Positions 47,686 through 56,850 of a DNA stretch of 64,000 bases are shown here, piece after piece. Source of the DNA: a virus. The stretch is taken from the IMG/VR virus record IMGVR_UViG_3300044643_000612, positions 1-64,000 of that record. The stretch is one strand, 5' to 3'. The notes under the pieces were generated by a model, which saw only the letters and a list, made by a program, of their open reading frames with translations, made no database searches and had not been told where the DNA came from. Both the position numbers and the translations under genes were made by a program. Within the stretch, counting starts at the first letter, position 1. Each line of letters starts with the position of its first letter.

Positions 47686-49695
47686 TCACGCACAAAATTG
47701 CACGACGCCATGCTCCAGCATCAGCGGGGCGTCGTCGCCCTTCTGCAAGCTGCGAACTGCGCGCATCACGCTCTGCCGCCGGATGTCGCGGGCGCCCTCC
47801 TCGGGTGCCGGCACCGTGCCCACCACGTAGTCCAGCAGCCGGTCCATGCCCATGCTGGTGACGCTGGGCTCCAAGAGGCCGATGGCGTCCATCACCACCT
47901 GCTCCCACGCCCCCAGCCGCCGCTTGGCCGTCGGCTTCTGCGCCACCGGCACCGTAGCGTCCCGCACCACAAGGCTGCTCATCTCCTCGCCGTCACGGTC
48001 GAGGCCGACCACCACAGGCTCCAGGGTGAACCCCCACGACAGGTCGTCCCTGCCGTCCTTCTGCTTGCTGACCCGCATCACGCGCACAGGCCCCTCGTCG
48101 GGCCGCATGACCTCGAACTCGACGTCCGCGGCGGCGCGGATCCCGCTCCAGCCCCGCGCACCCCGCGCCGCGTCCTTGCCGCTGTGATGGACCAGCAGCA
48201 CCATGGCGCCGGTCGCATCGCGGATAGCGCGGGCGTGACGCAGGGCCAGGCCCATGTCCTCGCCGCTGTTCTCGTTCGCGCCGGGCGTCACCTGTGCGAA
48301 GGTGTCGACCACCACCAGGTCGGTCGGACCCGCAGCGGCCATGGCCTCGACCACGGCGGTGATGTCCTCCTCAATCAGGAAGTTGGGGACCGCGTTCATG
48401 ATGCCAAGCGGCACGCCGTCGAGGCTCAGGCCTTGGTCAAGGGCATATGCCTTGACACGAGACGCCACGCCCCCGCCGCCTTCAGCCGCGACATAGAGCA
48501 CCGCGCCCTGCTTGACGGGCCGTCCGCGCCAGTCCGTCCCGCGCGCCACGGCCAGGGCCATGTCCAGCACGGCGAAGGACTTGCCGCTGCCGCTCGCGCC
48601 GTAGAGCACGCCGAGGTCGGCCCGGGGCAGGACGCCCTTGATGATCCACTCCGGTGGCTCGCGCATCATGTAGTCGCTGGCGGCGACGAAGGGGAAGCGG
48701 CCCGGGTAGCCCGGCGGCGTGGCGTAAGAGGCCGACGGCTCGGCGACCTGCACCTTCTCCGCCAGCCGCTCCAGCCGCTCGGACGGGTTCTGCGCCTCGC
48801 GCGCCTCGCGGGCCATCTTGATGACCGACGCCATGGTGACCTGGCGGCCCGTGGCCTGCCGGCGGGTGAACGAGTCCCATTGCGCCTGTAGCTGGTCGCT
48901 GCCGGGGTATTGCTCGCCGTCGCTGGACCACTCGTCCCACAGGTCGAACCCGTCGCCCTCGGTCTCGTGGTGCAGGGCCATGCCGACGCGGATCCAGTCG
49001 TCGCGACCCATGCTGGCGTCGAGGTCGGCCAGCAGCGCCTTGATCTCGGTCTCGGCCAGGCCAAGGGTGGGCTCGTGCCCGACCATGAAGTCGTCGGGGT
49101 CGCTCGGGCTTGAGGTCTGCGGGCCGAACCGCGCCTCGCAGAAGGCCCGCAGCTTAGGGGTGACGGGCGCCACCACGTCGCCGGTGTCGAACAGGTCCAC
49201 GGTATAGAGCGGGTTGCCTGTGACGGTGACGAAGCCGGAAGCGGTGAATGTCTCCACGCCATAGCGGTCGGCGATGGCGCGGCTCTTGCGGTCGCCCAGC
49301 GCCCCGGCCACGAAGGCCCGGACGCCCTTGCCGCTCGGGCTGTATTCCGCATAGGTGTCGCAGACCAGCGCCTCCAGTTCGGCAGGCAGGTGGCCTTGCG
49401 CGTCTACGCAGGCGTCGAAGTCCAGCGCCGTGATGCCCCAGTCGGCGAGCATGGCCAGACCCACACCGTCCATGCCGCGGGCCTTGGCGCGCTCCAGGGC
49501 GCGCTCCAGTGGCACGAGGGAAGCGCGGTCTCGGGCGTCGCCCTGCCGGCCATAGCGCCTGCCGGCATTGGCGTAGTAAGGCACCTTGATGGCCTTGCCA
49601 GAGCCCTCGATGCGCTCATACCGCCAGCACAGCCAGCCGGGCAGGTCGCGCAAGAGCGAGGGGACGGCGAGGCCCGGAGTCGGGCCAGCCATCAC
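47686..49695 (-). CDS. primase-helicase (prim-pol N-terminus, PriCT-2, RepA/AAA_25)
   Basis: LDFD, EYSPSGKG, WIRVGMALH...WDEWS, GASGSGKS, VVVDT, LVHHSGK. Confidence 0.9.
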   Translation of the reverse strand: MMAGPTPGLAVPSLLRDLPGWLCWRYERIEGSGKAIKVPYYANAGRRYGRQGDARDRASLVPLERALERAKARGMDGVGLAMLADWGITALDFDACVDAQGHLPAELEALVCDTYAEYSPSGKGVRAFVAGALGDRKSRAIADRYGVETFTASGFVTVTGNPLYTVDLFDTGDVVAPVTPKLRAFCEARFGPQTSSPSDPDDFMVGHEPTLGLAETEIKALLADLDASMGRDDWIRVGMALHHETEGDGFDLWDEWSSDGEQYPGSDQLQAQWDSFTRRQATGRQVTMASVIKMAREAREAQNPSERLERLAEKVQVAEPSASYATPPGYPGRFPFVAASDYMMREPPEWIIKGVLPRADLGVLYGASGSGKSFAVLDMALAVARGTDWRGRPVKQGAVLYVAAEGGGGVASRVKAYALDQGLSLDGVPLGIMNAVPNFLIEEDITAVVEAMAAAGPTDLVVVDTFAQVTPGANENSGEDMGLALRHARAIRDATGAMVLLVHHSGKDAARGARGWSGIRAAADVEFEVMRPDEGPVRVMRVSKQKDGRDDLSWGFTLEPVVVGLDRDGEEMSSLVVRDATVPVAQKPTAKRRLGAWEQVVMDAIGLLEPSVTSMGMDRLLDYVVGTVPAPEEGARDIRRQSVMRAVRSLQKGDDAPLMLEHGVVQFCA

Positions 49696-49904
49696 TCACC
49701 CGTCAGGGCAGCAACCATCTTGCGGACGGCGGGGGACACGAGGGCCAGGCCCGGCACGCCGGAGATCTCCGCGATCTGCATGGCGCGCTTCGGCGGGGCA
49801 TAACCCTGCGAGGACCACAGGCAGACGGCTTGGTGGGTCACGTCGAGGAGGCGGGCCAGAGCGGCCTTGCCGCCCACAGCCTCGATAGCGGTGTCGATGT
49901 TCAT
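49692..49904 (-). CDS. Cro-like HTH regulator
   Basis: AIEAVGGKAALARLLDVTHQAVCLW; AAGGAG RBS. Confidence 0.82.
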   Translation of the reverse strand: MNIDTAIEAVGGKAALARLLDVTHQAVCLWSSQGYAPPKRAMQIAEISGVPGLALVSPAVRKMVAALTGE

Positions 49905-49950
49905 GTAGGGCTCCTTGAGCGGCGAAGGTAAACGCTTGCGTTGCGGGGCG

Positions 49951-50355
49951 TCAAGGGCGCCACCACCCTTTGGGCCGTGGCACCTCGGCGAAGGCGCGGA
50001 TTGACTTCCGAAAGCCCGGATCGAGTAGCACCTTGGCGCGCATGGGCGGCAAGATTTGGTTGTCCCTGTCGAGGATAACGACCCAGCGATAGTCGGAGAC
50101 GTCAATGGACCCGCTATCGGGAGAGCGCCACCCGTACGGGGTAGGCGCCGGGTCGGCTTTGAGGCGGGAAACTTCGCTGCGCAGTCGGTCGCGCTCCTTC
50201 CTGTCCACGGTCGCTTCGGCTTTAAGCACCCCGACCTCTAGGGTCAATTCGTCGACCTGTTGCAGCGCGCGATGCGCGGTTTCGTTTCCGAACGCCGCGG
50301 CTCGGCGCCGGACGTCCGTTTCGGTCACGCCGGTGAATGTGACGCTGACGGTCAT
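49951..50355 (-). CDS. hypothetical coiled-coil protein
   Basis: ATGA-coupled ORF. Confidence 0.55.
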   Translation of the reverse strand: MTVSVTFTGVTETDVRRRAAAFGNETAHRALQQVDELTLEVGVLKAEATVDRKERDRLRSEVSRLKADPAPTPYGWRSPDSGSIDVSDYRWVVILDRDNQILPPMRAKVLLDPGFRKSIRAFAEVPRPKGWWRP

Positions 50356-50666
50356 TTGCACGGCCACTTCCCGGTGACGGCTAGGTCCACGGCGAGGAAC
50401 GCATCATCGCCGCCCCGCTTGGGGTGAGCCCGCGCGTAGGCGATGAACGTGCGCCGGAGATCATCGGCGGTCGGGTTGGTGGCGGGGCAGTAATGGGTCC
50501 GCACGCCGTTGAGCGCACGGCGCCAAGTGTTGCCGCGGACAGCGGCGCGCACATAGCCGAGGCAGAAGGACCGCTCGGCGGGCATGGGCGACTCGCAGAT
50601 CGGCAAGAGCCAACCGGCGGTGTCGGGTGCCGCGCTGATAGCGGCGGCGAGGGCGAGGGCGATCAT
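50352..50666 (-). CDS. Rap1a-like secreted protein
   Basis: signal peptide; C...CLGYV...YCP...YARAHP...WPC cysteine pattern. Confidence 0.7.
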   Translation of the reverse strand: MIALALAAAISAAPDTAGWLLPICESPMPAERSFCLGYVRAAVRGNTWRRALNGVRTHYCPATNPTADDLRRTFIAYARAHPKRGGDDAFLAVDLAVTGKWPCK

Positions 50667-50968
50667 CGTGCAGTCCTCTCGTTGGCGGCGCGCGCGCCGT
50701 CGTTACAGTGCTCGTGATAGGCCATGGTCTCGGCGTCGTCGGCCTCGGCGCCCCAGCAGGGGCCGCACCAGGCGTCGGCGTGGGCGTCGGTGGTTACGAG
50801 GTCGCCGTCCTCATGCCAGTCGTCACAGCGCGGGCATTGCACAGCGTCCAGCAGTCGGAGTTGGGTGGCGAAGGACTCGGGGTCCTCGCCCGGGCGCAGG
50901 GCGTCCTGCCAGGGGGCGCCGTACAGGTCCGTCAGCGGCGCGTGGATGTTGTCGGGTGTCAGCTTCAC
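50663..50968 (-). CDS. hypothetical protein with two CxxC motifs
   Basis: CPRC and CGPC; coupled ORF. Confidence 0.6.
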   Translation of the reverse strand: MKLTPDNIHAPLTDLYGAPWQDALRPGEDPESFATQLRLLDAVQCPRCDDWHEDGDLVTTDAHADAWCGPCWGAEADDAETMAYHEHCNDGARAANERTAR

Positions 50969-51156
50969 CGCCCCGCCTCCAGCGCGTCGGCCAGGGCCGC
51001 GGCCTCGGTGGCCAGCTTGCGGGCGGCATAGCGCGCGGCGTCAACGCCGGCCTCGGTGGTGAAGCTGTTGGTCAGCGTGCGGCGGATCACGGACGCCTGT
51101 GCCTCGACAGCAGAGGCGCGGCGGTTCAGGTCGATGGTGACAGTGCAGTAAGTCAT
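50965..51156 (-). CDS. hypothetical protein
   Basis: coupled ORF. Confidence 0.5.
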   Translation of the reverse strand: MTYCTVTIDLNRRASAVEAQASVIRRTLTNSFTTEAGVDAARYAARKLATEAAALADALEAGR

Positions 51157-51229
51157 CTGCGGTTCCCTAGTGAGATGATGAGCATGAGGATGGTGGCGAG
51201 GATCCAGAAGGTAGAGCGAAGGGCGGCGA

Positions 51230-51451
51230 TCATCGGCCCGCCCCCTTCATGTCCTCAAGGGCGCGCGAGATGGCGTCCAGCAAGTCTGCGTTGGTCATCT
51301 CGTTGAGGGTGTCCAGCGAGTATCCCATGGCGAGACGGGCGGGGTGCTGGGTCGCCACCACTACCAACGGGAGGTGGGACCGCATAAGCCGCGCCATGAC
51401 GAAGTCGTCCAGCGTGACAGGCGGGTAGCCCAAAGCGTCTTCAAGTGTCAT
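51230..51451 (-). CDS. hypothetical protein
   Basis: coupled ORF. Confidence 0.55.
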   Translation of the reverse strand: MTLEDALGYPPVTLDDFVMARLMRSHLPLVVVATQHPARLAMGYSLDTLNEMTNADLLDAISRALEDMKGAGR

Positions 51452-51648
51452 TGCGTCCCTCGCATGTTGCGGTGGGCTTCCAGCGTCCGGCGGGCGAACG
51501 AGGCAAGCACGGTGTCAGGTAGGGCATCGGCCAGGGTGTAGAGGCTGGCAGACAGTCCGCGCCCGATGTCGCCGAACGTCTCGGCCTCCTCGATAGCGTG
51601 GATCAGGTCGGCCCGGGCAGGGATGCGCGGGGGTGGGTGGAGCATCAT
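51448..51648 (-). CDS. hypothetical protein
   Basis: coupled ORF. Confidence 0.55.
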   Translation of the reverse strand: MMLHPPPRIPARADLIHAIEEAETFGDIGRGLSASLYTLADALPDTVLASFARRTLEAHRNMRGTQ

Positions 51649-52346
51649 GCGCCCGCCCTCCGCTCGAAGAACTCCAGAATGTCCAGCGTCTCGCGGGCAT
51701 TAACTGTGCCGGGGTATTCGGCGGCGACGTGGGCGCGATATTCGGGGATCGTCAACCAACGACAACCGGCCATGATCTTGTGCGAGCCGTCCGTCAGTCG
51801 GAACAGGTGGAAGGTGTATCCGTCCATGCGCTCGGCGGCGGCGATAAGAGTGGCAAGAGTGTCCTCTTCGTATTTGGCATCGCGCAGGTTGGCATCGCGC
51901 AGGTTGGCACCGCGCAGGTTGGCACGGCTCAGGTAGGCACCGCGCAGGTCGGCACCGCTCAGGTCGGCACCGCGCAGGTCGGCACCGCTCAGGTTGGCAC
52001 CGCTCAGGTCGGCACCGCTCAGGTTGGCACCGCGCAGGTAGGCACCGCGCAGGTCGGCACCGCGCAGGTCGGCACCGCGCAGGTAGGCACCGCTCAGGTC
52101 GGCACCGCGCAGGTCGGCACCGCTCAGGTCGGCACCGCTCAGGTTGGCACCGCGCAGGTTGGCACCGCGCAGGTCGGCACCGCGCAGGTAGGCACCGCTC
52201 AGGTCGGCACCGCGCAGGTCGGCACCGCTCAGGTCGGCACCGCTCAGGTAGGCACCGCGCAGGTTGGCACGGCTCAGGTAGGCACCGCGCAGGGTTCCGC
52301 CGTTCGCCCATGCGACGGCGGCGAGGTAGGTTATGTGCTTGTTCAC
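51645..52346 (-). CDS. pentapeptide repeat protein
   Basis: about 27 A[DNY]L[RS][GRD] units; GGAGG RBS before GTG; C-terminal IMAGC motif. Confidence 0.92.
   Translation of the reverse strand: MNKHITYLAAVAWANGGTLRGAYLSRANLRGAYLSGADLSGADLRGADLSGAYLRGADLRGANLRGANLSGADLSGADLRGADLSGAYLRGADLRGADLRGAYLRGANLSGADLSGANLSGADLRGADLSGADLRGAYLSRANLRGANLRDANLRDAKYEEDTLATLIAAAERMDGYTFHLFRLTDGSHKIMAGCRWLTIPEYRAHVAAEYPGTVNARETLDILEFFERRAGA
51876..52292 (-). repeat. 15-bp tandem array encoding the pentapeptides
   Basis: ggcaccgc[gt]caggt[cta] repeated about 27 times. Confidence 0.95.
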
Positions 52347-52446
52347 AGCGCACCTCCGATAGCGGCTAGGGCAATCAGCAGCCATGCCAGCGCGGTGAAC
52401 GCGGCGGCGGTTAGGATGGCCTCTGCGGCGAGGCGGATGAGGCGGG

Positions 52447-52704
52447 TCATTGGGCGTTCTCCTTGTCGGTGGCCAAGGTCGGGATGGGGAACCAGCGAGT
52501 AGGTTCGGGGTTGGTTTCGGAGCAACATCCGCAGCCGTGAGACGGGAGGACGGCGGGATCCCAATCTTCCCACTTATCGGACGGTCGCCCGCGCCAGTCG
52601 GTCACGCGGCGGACTTGGATCCACTGCCCATCAACCTCGGCGATAACGGCGCTTAGGTCCGGAGGAGGGGGCCAGTCGGCTACGGTCGCGTGATACTCGG
52701 TCAT
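52447..52704 (-). CDS. hypothetical protein
   Basis: AGGAG RBS; coupled. Confidence 0.55.
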   Translation of the reverse strand: MTEYHATVADWPPPPDLSAVIAEVDGQWIQVRRVTDWRGRPSDKWEDWDPAVLPSHGCGCCSETNPEPTRWFPIPTLATDKENAQ

Positions 52705-53078
52705 CGGTCGTTCTCCTGCGCCATGACTTCATCGGGGGCGGCCTCGGCGTATCCGAGCCACTGGAAGCTGTTGTTCACGACCTTGCTGAAGATAGCCGCC
52801 TCGCCGTCGGCACGGTTGTGTGCGAAGGCGTGCGGGGCGGCGGTCACCTCCCCGGGCGGCGAGGCGAGCGGGATCAGGGACGATAGTGCGCCGCTGCCGC
52901 CGGGCTGGCCGACGCGCAGGACGTAAAGCCGTTCACGGACGCGCGGATCCCGATAGCTTTTTATCTCATACCGCCGGCCACCATGCGTCAGGATCAGGCG
53001 GGCGGCGTCCCGCTCGGACAGGCCGGAAGCAAGCACGGTGTCGCCGTGCAGGACGGTGAAGGTCTCGGCGCGGGTCAC
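52701..53078 (-). CDS. hypothetical protein, paralogue of 53075-53413
   Basis: shares GLxExxAAxxILTHxxxxYEI. Confidence 0.65.
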   Translation of the reverse strand: MTRAETFTVLHGDTVLASGLSERDAARLILTHGGRRYEIKSYRDPRVRERLYVLRVGQPGGSGALSSLIPLASPPGEVTAAPHAFAHNRADGEAAIFSKVVNNSFQWLGYAEAAPDEVMAQENDR

Positions 53079-53413
53079 TCTACACCCTCCGCAGCAAGCC
53101 GGGCCTGCATCTCATCCCAATCAGCTTGTGGGATGGCCTCGGCGGTCCAGCCTAACGAGGTGTCAGCGATACGGACAACCTCGGCCAAGATTTCGACCTC
53201 GGCGGCGTCTTGTTCGGCCTCCCACGACGCAACCAGCCAAAGGCTGAAGGCGCCGTTTAGCGACTTGCCCCAAAGAGACCAACCCGCGTTGACAGGGTGT
53301 TTGCGAATCTCATACTGCGCACTGTCGTGCGTCAGGATCTCGTGGGCGGCCTCGGCCTCGGTCAAGCCCTCGGCGATGGGCTCGCCGGATCGGTCAACGA
53401 CTACGTAAAGCAT
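53075..53413 (-). CDS. hypothetical protein, paralogue of 52701-53078
   Basis: ACAGGAGA RBS; shared motif. Confidence 0.65.
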   Translation of the reverse strand: MLYVVVDRSGEPIAEGLTEAEAAHEILTHDSAQYEIRKHPVNAGWSLWGKSLNGAFSLWLVASWEAEQDAAEVEILAEVVRIADTSLGWTAEAIPQADWDEMQARLAAEGVE

Positions 53414-53525
53414 AATGCGGTGTCTCCTGTGAGCGGGCCAGGCTGGCCCTCCTACTGCCTCCGGCCCGCTACGCCGGAGCGCGCGGGCCTGCTGTGGCAA
53501 GTAAAGGCTGAACTTGTGGCGGCTG

Positions 53526-53900
53526 TCAATCGGTAGCTGTGCGGGCTCGCCTGACGGCGGCGTGGGCGGCGTCCCATGCCTCGGACGCCTTGCGCGAGCG
53601 CGGCGGCTCCATAGTGTCAAGAAGATGCTTCAGGGCAGCGAGCGTGCTCGGGGCCTCTGCGATCAGGCGGGCGTCAGCTTCCGCATAGACGTTGCCGATA
53701 TGGCGGGGCGCATGTGCCGGGAGCGTCTCGCTGACGGGCGCTCCGATCATGAAGCCGAGCCACGGCGCATCGTTGCGGGTTGCAACCCAAGGGCCGGGCG
53801 TGTGTCGTGTGGCGAGTGTCAACCTGTGCGGGCCGGGGGTGTCTGCCTCGGCAGCGTTGCACAAATCCACGTCCGCGAAGTGGCCGTAACCGTAAGGCAT
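53526..53900 (-). CDS. HTPGPW-family phage protein
   Basis: HTPGPW...ADARLIAEAP. Confidence 0.65.
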   Translation of the reverse strand: MPYGYGHFADVDLCNAAEADTPGPHRLTLATRHTPGPWVATRNDAPWLGFMIGAPVSETLPAHAPRHIGNVYAEADARLIAEAPSTLAALKHLLDTMEPPRSRKASEAWDAAHAAVRRARTATD

Positions 53901-53905
53901 GGCGA

Positions 53906-54154
53906 TCAGGTCCTTTCGATCAGGTCAAAGCGGGCGGTCTTGCCGGAGGGGGAGAATCCCCAATCTTGAATCCGCGGGTTCTGGTAGCCCATGCGACGGG
54001 CCAAGGCGCGCACGGCGCCGGCGTGCCCCTCCTCCGCCGGGCAGATTGCCGACGGGCCGGAAACGTGGCGCGCTCGATACGTGCCGGCGCCCCATTGGCT
54101 AGCGGGCCGGTCGCGGCATACGGTGACGTTGTAGCCGTAGGTCATAGCGGTCAC
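53906..54154 (-). CDS. hypothetical protein
   Basis: coupled ORF. Confidence 0.5.
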   Translation of the reverse strand: MTAMTYGYNVTVCRDRPASQWGAGTYRARHVSGPSAICPAEEGHAGAVRALARRMGYQNPRIQDWGFSPSGKTARFDLIERT

Positions 54155-54540
54155 TCCCCGTAGTAAAACTGTTGCGCGAAGGTAAGGACGTCTTCCCGCT
54201 CCTCATCGGTGAGCGCATACGGGGTCCAGGGCGTGCCCCAATCCTGATACTCAAGCCGGGCGGTGTCGGGCTGGGCGTCGCCGTCCAGGTCGCCTGTGAT
54301 GCGGACAGAGGGGCCGCCGAATGACAGGAGGATCTGATATTCAACCGACACGGCAACCCGAACGGGATCATGCCAGCTTGAGCGGACTTCGACCGAGAGG
54401 GGCGCTTCGTAAATGGCCTGTGCGGCGGCGTCGATATCGTCGTCTTCGACGGCGGCGCGATCGTTGGCGACAAGTTCGCGGATGGTCTCAAGCCAGGCGG
54501 TTGCGGCGTCGCGCCCGTGGTTGTCAGGGGTGGCGGTCAT
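54151..54540 (-). CDS. conserved phage hypothetical protein
   Basis: EYQILLSFGGPSVRI...YQDWGTPW; ACAGGAGA RBS. Confidence 0.7.
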   Translation of the reverse strand: MTATPDNHGRDAATAWLETIRELVANDRAAVEDDDIDAAAQAIYEAPLSVEVRSSWHDPVRVAVSVEYQILLSFGGPSVRITGDLDGDAQPDTARLEYQDWGTPWTPYALTDEEREDVLTFAQQFYYGE

Positions 54541-54598
54541 GAGGGTTTCTCCTGTGAGGGGGTGGCCCGGCGACCTCGCGCCGCCGGGCCGGGGGTTG

Positions 54599-54793
54599 TC
54601 AGACGTTGACGGGAGCCGCCTCTTTCGTGAGGCTTTCGGCGTGCTTCCAAGCCTTGCCGCCGGCAAGGGGGCCGTCCAGTTGGCGAAGATAGACGACGCG
54701 CCCGCTATTCGGGCCGATTCCGGTGACGGTGGCGCGGCGCGTAATGCCGTAATCTTCGTAGGTCACGCGGTCGCCGGGCTTGAAGTCAGACAT
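54599..54793 (-). CDS. small SH3/KOW-like protein
   Basis: FKPGDRV motif; ACAGGAGA RBS. Confidence 0.6.
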   Translation of the reverse strand: MSDFKPGDRVTYEDYGITRRATVTGIGPNSGRVVYLRQLDGPLAGGKAWKHAESLTKEAAPVNV

Positions 54794-54863
54794 GAGGGTT
54801 TCTCCTGTAGCGCGGGCCAGGCTGGCCCTAGGGTTAAAGCGGTAACTTGTATGGTGGCGGGTG

Positions 54864-55115
54864 TCAATCGCCGGTCGCCTTGGCGATGGCGGCGCGTGCG
54901 ATAGCGAGCGCGGCGGCGGTTTGCCCGTAATCGAGCTGTTGCTCGATTCGCTCCAGGGCCGCCAGCATGTCCGGCGCGGCGGCGATCAGGTAAGCGTTGT
55001 GCGCGTCTGTATCCGCAACGAACGCGCCATGCTCGTTAACGATCAGGGGTTGCTTGCTGTAGATCGTAGTCTGGATTCGCCAAGGCCCCGGCGTGTGCTG
55101 GTGCGATGCAATCAT
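54864..55115 (-). CDS. HTPGPW-family phage protein
   Basis: HTPGPW...NAYLIAAAPDMLAAL. Confidence 0.65.
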   Translation of the reverse strand: MIASHQHTPGPWRIQTTIYSKQPLIVNEHGAFVADTDAHNAYLIAAAPDMLAALERIEQQLDYGQTAAALAIARAAIAKATGD

Positions 55116-55226
55116 TGGTCAATTTCCTGTAGCTAGGCGGGCCAGGGTGGCCAGCCTTCACGCCGGCGGCCTCCGCACGCTAGGCGCCGGAGGCTTTCGG
55201 GCGGGTTGTCCGCGATGGGGGCGGGG

Positions 55227-55451
55227 TTAGTCGAGGATCCCGCGCATAGCCTCGCGAATGCAGGTCAGGTTGTAGCGGGCGCCGTCGGGGGTCCGCTCGC
55301 CGGCAAGGGCGATTGCGAGGCGGGCGGCGCCGCGTTGGGCGCCGTGCTCGCGGGCGAGGTCGCGCGCCCACTGATACAAGCCTTCGTCATTGTTGAGCCA
55401 GAGCGACACGTTCCAAGCGTTCCAGCTACGGTGGCCTTGATATGCGGGCAT
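55227..55451 (-). CDS. conserved phage hypothetical protein
   Basis: YQG...WNVSLWLNNDEGLY...TPDG; ACAGGAGA RBS. Confidence 0.7.
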   Translation of the reverse strand: MPAYQGHRSWNAWNVSLWLNNDEGLYQWARDLAREHGAQRGAARLAIALAGERTPDGARYNLTCIREAMRGILD

Positions 55452-55479
55452 AGGGGTTTCTCCTGTGAGGGGTTGGGGG

Positions 55480-55812
55480 TCAGTCGGCGTCGCGCTCTTG
55501 GGCATAGCCGTTTGCGGCATCCCAAATCAGGTACATTTCGGCGTGTTCGACGTCGCGAAACTCTGTCTCGAAATAGATAGCGCGCGCCGTCTCGGTAATC
55601 TCGTCATCCGTTGCTAGGCGGTTCTCATACTCGCCGGCGGCGTTGCGCGCGACAATGCGAAACTCGGGGCGCAGGTGGCGCCGGACATACTCGCAAGCGG
55701 GCTCACAGTCGCCGGAGCGCGTGCAATCGAGAACGTCGGGGGCGATATCCTCCGGCACGTCGCAGAAGCTGGCGCGCGGCTCGCGGGGGCAGATTTCGAT
55801 AATGAGGGGCAT
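55480..55812 (-). CDS. hypothetical protein, first gene of the leftward early operon
   Basis: GGAGA RBS downstream of a promoter. Confidence 0.65.
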   Translation of the reverse strand: MPLIIEICPREPRASFCDVPEDIAPDVLDCTRSGDCEPACEYVRRHLRPEFRIVARNAAGEYENRLATDDEITETARAIYFETEFRDVEHAEMYLIWDAANGYAQERDAD

Positions 55813-55872
55813 GTTGCCGGTCTCCAGGACGGGGGCGGGCCGCTATTGGCCCGCGCTCCCCGTCTGAATCGA

Positions 55873-55901
55873 TATATAAGGGAAGGCTAAAAAGTGGTCA
55901 A
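55873..55901 (-). promoter_or_regulatory. sigma70-type leftward promoter
   Basis: TTGACC-17 nt-TATATA on the minus strand. Confidence 0.6.
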
Positions 55902-55944
55902 GCGTTCAATTGCACCTTTTACGAGTTAAAGCGGATTGTTATCC

Positions 55945-56118
55945 TTCGCAACGTGCAACGCGACGCATCATGATGCATCGTGTTGCATGTGTTGCAGCGC
56001 CCCTGAAATGCAGCACCACATGCAACACGAGGGGGGCCCTATACGTAGTATAGGCCCCTCCGTGATGCGTGATGCATTTGGCGCTGCGTCGCGTTGCACG
56101 CTGCGTTGCACGCTGCAA
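55945..56118. other. candidate replication origin: nested inverted repeats and TGCA-core iterons
   Basis: 16-bp perfect inverted repeat 55952-55967/56085-56100; central palindrome 56026-56064; many TGCAAC/GTTGCA/ATGCA copies. Confidence 0.5.
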
Positions 56119-56250
56119 AGCCTTTAACTGTCTGTTAGTAGGCGCTGAGACGGTGGCCAGGATGGCGGTTAGTCGGAGGCTGTTAGGTCCGGTTAGCCTT
56201 CTATCGGATAGCAGGTCGCGGCGCCCTTCGCACATATAGGCGCCCGCGCA

Positions 56251-56279
56251 TTGACGCCAGGCCGGTCGGCGGGTATAAC
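56251..56279 (+). promoter_or_regulatory. sigma70-type promoter of terS
   Basis: TTGACG-17 nt-TATAAC. Confidence 0.7.
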
Positions 56280-56310
56280 ACTCGGCTGTAATCCGAAAGG
56301 GATTTGACGC

Positions 56311-56808
56311 ATGGCAGTCAACGGCGTTGGGCGCCCGCACTCGTTTCGGGTGGAAGTTGGCGACGCGATTTGTGAGCGGCTGGTTAATGGCGAGTCGCTA
56401 AGGGCGATTTGCCGGGATCCTGAAATGCCGACCGTTGGCGTTGTGCTAAGGTGGGTAGCTGAGGGGGACGTCCCGGCGGATGAAAGCGGGAAGGGGCTGA
56501 GCGATGCACATACCGCTCTCCGCCGATTCCGCGAACAATACCTGCGCGCTCGCCAGGAACAGGCCGACGTGTTGGCGGATGAGATTATCGACATTGCCGA
56601 TCGCGCCACGGATCCGCAGCTTGCCCGCCTCCAAATCGATTCTCGCAAGTGGTATGCCGGCAAGGTGCGTCCGAAGGTCTATGGCGAGGGCATTGCGCTA
56701 AGGCATACTGGCGCCGACGGATCCGGCGCCGTCCAGGTCGACGTCAACGCCAAATCGGCCCTTGTCGACGGGATCCTAGACGCCATGAAAAAGGCGCCCG
56801 GCGGTTAA
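56311..56808 (+). CDS. terS: terminase small subunit (Sf6 gp1-like)
   Basis: GRP...ICERLVNGESLRAIC..PEMP...LADEIIDIAD...RLQIDSRKWYAGKVRPKVYG. Confidence 0.88.
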   Translation: MAVNGVGRPHSFRVEVGDAICERLVNGESLRAICRDPEMPTVGVVLRWVAEGDVPADESGKGLSDAHTALRRFREQYLRARQEQADVLADEIIDIADRATDPQLARLQIDSRKWYAGKVRPKVYGEGIALRHTGADGSGAVQVDVNAKSALVDGILDAMKKAPGG

Positions 56809-56822
56809 GCCGGGCGCCCCTT
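56791..56822. terminator. hairpin between convergent genes
   Basis: GGCGCCCGGC-GGTTAA-GCCGGGCGCC. Confidence 0.5.
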
Positions 56823-56850
56823 GGCGCGACCTGCTAGGCCAGGCTAGGCC

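Noticed and set aside
47686-50000. Lysogeny module
   Set aside because: Only a Cro-like HTH is present; no integrase, CI-like peptidase repressor or partition genes were recognised.
51876-52292. CRISPR array
   Set aside because: The 15-bp units have no unique spacers and encode an in-frame pentapeptide repeat.
56123-56137. CtrA box (TTAA-N7-TTAG)
   Set aside because: A single imperfect match; too weak without a genome-wide scan.
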